Below are positions 15,045 through 18,186 of a stretch of 18,186 nt of DNA, in pieces. Location of the stretch: UHGV virus genome UHGV-1600942; one strand, written 5' to 3'. The DNA comes from a virus. Position numbers and translations under genes: made by a program. Below the pieces are notes generated by a model that saw only the letters and a list, made by a program, of their open reading frames with translations, was not told where the DNA came from and searched no databases. The stretch's first letter is position 1; every line of letters begins with the position of its first letter.

Positions 15045-15490
15045 CACCTCGCCTGATGTGGCTAAAAGCAGGCACATAACAGCTAAGTATTTTCAACCAG
15101 AGAGAATCCTTAGCGTTGTGGTGAATGCGGCTCAGCGCACGCGGGTTAAGGTTGAGGCTGACAGTCGACCTTCTGTGGATACCCACCCGCCTGGTGTGCA
15201 ACCTTCGCCAGGCACCGGGAGGCACCCGGCACCACAACTTTATGCTGTGTGTAGTCCTGGCGGTACCAGTTTGTACCCTTGCTTCCGGCTGGTACCGTCC
15301 TTTTTACAAAACAGAGAAGAGCATCACCGGACGACGGGCTCATAACCCAATCCATCCGGGCGGCTGCCACCGCAGGTGTTCTTCTCTGTTTTGTGGAGAA
15401 ACTAACCGCCCCTACGGGGGCATTTATGGAAATGTAATTGACTCAATAACCGCCGGACGGTGAGGGCTTCCTTTTACCCGAATTCAGCGC
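15045..15490. other. GC-rich, hairpin-dense non-coding segment (candidate structured RNA or protein-binding locus)
   Basis: About 450 bp with no credible ORF. Perfect 15-bp inverted repeat ACAAAACAGAGAAGA (15306-15320) / TCTTCTCTGTTTTGT (15380-15394) around 59 bp; 9-bp inverted repeat CGGTACCAG (15261-15269) / CTGGTACCG (15289-15297); further GC stems (CCGGG/CCCGG, GCCCC/GGGGC). Confidence 0.3.
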
Positions 15491-15518
15491 GGTGCAGCGC
15501 ATATACGTGGAGAACAAA

Positions 15519-16055
15519 ATGTCATTTATTAAAACTTTTTCCGGGAAGCATTTTTATTATGACAGGATAAATAAAGACGACATCGTTATTAACGATATCG
15601 CGGTTTCCCTTTCAAATATCTGTCGCTTTGCAGGACATCTTTCACACTTCTACAGTGTCGCCCAACATGCGGTGCTTTGCAGCCAGCTGGTGCCGCAGGA
15701 ATTTGCTTTTGAAGCTTTAATGCATGATGCAACAGAAGCATATTGCCAGGACATCCCCGCACAACTGAAACGACTTCTTCCTGACTATAAACGGATGGAA
15801 GAAAAAATAGACGCCGTAATCCGTGAGAAATACGGGTTACCTCCTGTTATGAGCACGCCAGTGAAATATGCCGATCTCATTATGCTGGCAACCGAACGCC
15901 GCGATCTCGGGCTTGATGATGGCTCTTTCTGGCCTGTGCTGGAAGGTATCCCGGCAACAGAGATGTTCAACGTGATTCCACTGGCTCCAGGCCATGCCTA
16001 CGGGATGTTTATGGAACGCTTTAACGAATTATCGGAGTTACGCAAATGCGCATGA
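15519..16055 (+). CDS. HD-domain phosphohydrolase (YfdR-like 5'-deoxynucleotidase family)
   Basis: Track ORF 15492..16055; likely start MSFIKTFSGK at ATG 15519 with GGAGA SD. HD motif (ALMHDATEA) and upstream His (FAGHLSHF); 178 aa. Confidence 0.85.
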   Translation: MSFIKTFSGKHFYYDRINKDDIVINDIAVSLSNICRFAGHLSHFYSVAQHAVLCSQLVPQEFAFEALMHDATEAYCQDIPAQLKRLLPDYKRMEEKIDAVIREKYGLPPVMSTPVKYADLIMLATERRDLGLDDGSFWPVLEGIPATEMFNVIPLAPGHAYGMFMERFNELSELRKCA

Positions 16056-16408
16056 ATGTTTTCGAAATGGAAGGGTTTCTTCGTGGGAGATGTGTACCGC
16101 GAGATCTGAAAGTGAATGAAACGGATGCTGAATACCTGGTGCGTAAATTCGATGCGCTTGAAGCTAAATGTGCAGCACAGGAAAACAAAGTAATACCAGT
16201 GTCAACTGAACTGCCACCAGCAAATGAAAGTGTTTTGTTATTCGATGCTAACGGAGAAGGCTGGCTAATTGGCTGGCGTTCTCTCTGGTACACCTGGGGA
16301 CAAAAAGAAACCGGAGAATGGCAGTGGACATTTCAGATCGGGGACCTTGAAAACGTCAATATCACTCACTGGGCAGTAATGCCAAAAGCACCGGAGGCTG
16401 GAGCATAA
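16046..16408 (+). CDS. DUF551-like prophage protein
   Basis: 120 aa; C-terminal W-rich motif (WYTWGQKETGEWQW...THWAVMP). Overlaps the HD gene stop; GGAG SD 8 nt upstream. Confidence 0.75.
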   Translation: MRMNVFEMEGFLRGRCVPRDLKVNETDAEYLVRKFDALEAKCAAQENKVIPVSTELPPANESVLLFDANGEGWLIGWRSLWYTWGQKETGEWQWTFQIGDLENVNITHWAVMPKAPEAGA

Positions 16409-16713
16409 TGACCACTTTTACCGACAAAGAACTGATTAAAGAAATTAAAGAGCGTATCAGCAGCCTTGACGTGCGAGACGATATTGAGCGCCGTGCTTAT
16501 GAAATCGCACTCCTATCTCTGGAAGTAGAACCAGATGAACGCGAAGCTTATGAATTATTCATGGAAAAGCGTTTTGGTGACTTAGTAGATCGTCGGAGAG
16601 CAAAAAACGGCGATAACGAATACATGGCATGGGATATGACTCTCGGTTGGATCGTCTGGCAGCAACGAGCTGGTATCCATTTCTCAACAATGTCACAGCA
16701 AGAGGTGAAATAA
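16408..16713 (+). CDS. Hypothetical 101-aa protein (early-left operon)
   Basis: ATG overlaps the upstream stop (TAATG) and its own stop overlaps the xis start (TAATG); acidic, helical. Confidence 0.6.
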   Translation: MTTFTDKELIKEIKERISSLDVRDDIERRAYEIALLSLEVEPDEREAYELFMEKRFGDLVDRRRAKNGDNEYMAWDMTLGWIVWQQRAGIHFSTMSQQEVK

Positions 16714-17063
16714 TGGAGCCATACAGCCTCACACTCGATGAGGCCTGTCATTTTCTCAAGATATCCAGACCGACTGCCATTAACTGGATACGCACAGGGC
16801 GTCTTCAGGCAACACGCAAAGATCCCACTAAGAATAAATCTCCTTACCTCACAACACGACAAGCCTGCATTGCGGCTCTTCAGTCTCCGCTGCATACTGT
16901 CCAGGTGAGCGCGGGTGATGGCATAACAGAGGAAAGAAAATGTCACTCTTCCGCAGAGGTGAAATATGGTACGCCAGTTTCACATTGCCGAACGGTAAAA
17001 GATTTAAACAGTCTCTTGGAACAAAGGACAAAAGGCAGGCGACAGAACTCCATGACAAGCTAA
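16713..17063 (+). CDS. xis: Excisionase-like HTH protein
   Basis: Track ORF 16629..17063; likely start [31 protein letters not shown] at ATG 16713. Immediately upstream of int; the ORF runs 124 nt into int in another frame. Confidence 0.6.
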   Translation: MEPYSLTLDEACHFLKISRPTAINWIRTGRLQATRKDPTKNKSPYLTTRQACIAALQSPLHTVQVSAGDGITEERKCHSSAEVKYGTPVSHCRTVKDLNSLLEQRTKGRRQNSMTS

Positions 17064-17950
17064 AGGCTGAAGCATGGCGGGTCAGCAAACTTGGTGAAAT
17101 ACCTGATATAACGTTCGAGGAAGCGTGTGTCAGGTGGCTTGAAGAGAAAGCACATAAAAAATCACTGGACGATGACAAAAGCCGGATCGGATTCTGGCTT
17201 CAACATTTCGCAGGAATGCAACTAAGAGACATTACTGAATCAAAAATTTATTCAGCAATGCAGAAAATGACGAACCGGCGTCATGAGGAAAACTGGAAAC
17301 TCAGGGCAGAAGCATGCAGAAAAAAAGGGAAACCTGTTCCAGAATACACGCCAAAACCAGCGTCCGTTGCAACGAAGGCTACGCATCTTTCATTTATAAA
17401 GGCCCTACTAAGAGCCGCAGAGCGTGAATGGAAAATGCTGGATAAGGCACCAATTATTAAAGTGCCTCAACCAAAGAATAAACGGATCCGCTGGCTGGAG
17501 CCCCATGAAGCACAAAGGCTGATTGATGAATGTCCGGAGCCATTAAAGTCTGTTGTTGAATTTGCACTGGCAACAGGCTTAAGACGCTCGAACATCATCA
17601 ACCTTGAATGGCAACAAATAGATATGCAGCGCCGGGTGGCATGGATAAACCCGGAAGAGAGTAAATCAAACCGCGCAATTGGCGTTGCGCTGAATGATAC
17701 TGCATGTCGCGTATTGAAAAAACAAATCGGGAATCATCACCGTTGGGTATTTGTGTACAAGGAAAGCTGTACCAAACCAGACGGAACGAAAGCGCCAACA
17801 GTAAGGAAGATGCGGTATGACGCAAACACAGCCTGGAAAGCGGCGCTGAGACGGGCTGGTATTGATGATTTCAGATTTCACGACTTGAGACACACCTGGG
17901 CAAGTTGGCTGGTTCAAGCCGGAGTCCCGTTGTCAGTGTTACAGGAAATG
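16940..17950 (+). pseudogene. int: Tyrosine integrase, 3'-truncated (lacks the catalytic Tyr region)
   Basis: ATG 16940 with AGAGGAAAG SD; N-terminus [14 protein letters not shown]..., R and HxxR boxes ([25 protein letters not shown]). After ~17950 the frame continues without a stop but the integrase-like C-terminus, as I recall it for this family (GGW...RYAHL), is absent. Confidence 0.6.
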
Positions 17951-18186
17951 AAACGGAAGAAAAAGCTGACTGTGATCATGTCCCTGCATGAGATTGAACT
18001 GGCAGAGATTATCTCCGATCATATTCTGTGTATCCGGGAACACCGGGTAGACCGGATGGGAACTCCGGCAGAGGTACTGGACAAAGGATATATTGCGAAG
18101 CTGTTCGATATTACAGCGGGAAGCTACGAGGAAACAACCGGAAATGTGGAGTTGCCGGCACCACGGGGAGAGCCTGAGGTTTTTGT
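17951..18186 (+). pseudogene. Host-derived fragment resembling the C-terminal part of a siderophore/heme-type ABC transporter ATPase
   Basis: In-frame continuation [54 protein letters not shown] matches the post-Walker-B pattern of FecE/FhuC/FepC-like ATPases (H-loop LH(D/E), then G.P.EV). Walker A/B are not present in the window. Confidence 0.45.

Noticed and set aside
15306-15394. 15-bp inverted repeat considered as retron a1/a2 repeats
   Set aside because: Arms are only 59 bp apart, far shorter than an msr-msd unit, and no reverse transcriptase gene is nearby.
15058-15463. ORFs in the GC-rich segment (15058..15345 +, 15125..15463 +, 15146..15370 -)
   Set aside because: Mutually overlapping in several frames, Pro/Arg/Gly-rich, no RBS; typical GC-rich shadow ORFs. 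The region is better explained as non-coding structured DNA/RNA.

Overview
The window reads as a near-complete lambdoid prophage with HK97-style packaging genes, laid out in reverse relative to the lambda map. All calls are from reading the sequence and ORF track by eye; no database search or RNA folding was run.

Gene order, left to right: large terminase (runs off the window start) <- small terminase <- candidate cos region <- HNH endonuclease <- lysis cassette (Rz/Rz1, R endolysin, S holin) <- orphan DNA methyltransferase plus a small ORF <- candidate late promoter/terminator <- [opposite-strand AT-rich 339-aa gene] <- Q antiterminator <- nin-like block (DUF968, KilA-N, RusA, LexA-DBD-only protein, Dam methyltransferase) <- replication initiator with internal iterons <- CII-like <- cro | cI -> terminator -> pL-like promoter -> rrn-type boxB/boxA -> [68-aa ORF converging on an AT-rich 144-aa gene] -> about 450 bp of GC-rich hairpin-dense non-coding DNA -> HD hydrolase -> DUF551 -> 101-aa ORF -> xis -> int.

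The integrase loses integrase-like sequence right after its HxxR box and continues in frame into what looks like the C-terminus of a host siderophore-type ABC ATPase, so this prophage end appears deleted.

The best candidates for an undescribed system are the low-GC cargo genes at classic moron positions: the 339-aa single-pass membrane protein between Q and the late region, and the convergent 68-aa/144-aa pair beside the immunity region. The GC-rich structured segment upstream of the HD gene and the LexA-DBD-only protein are the next most interesting. None of these has a function I can assign from sequence.
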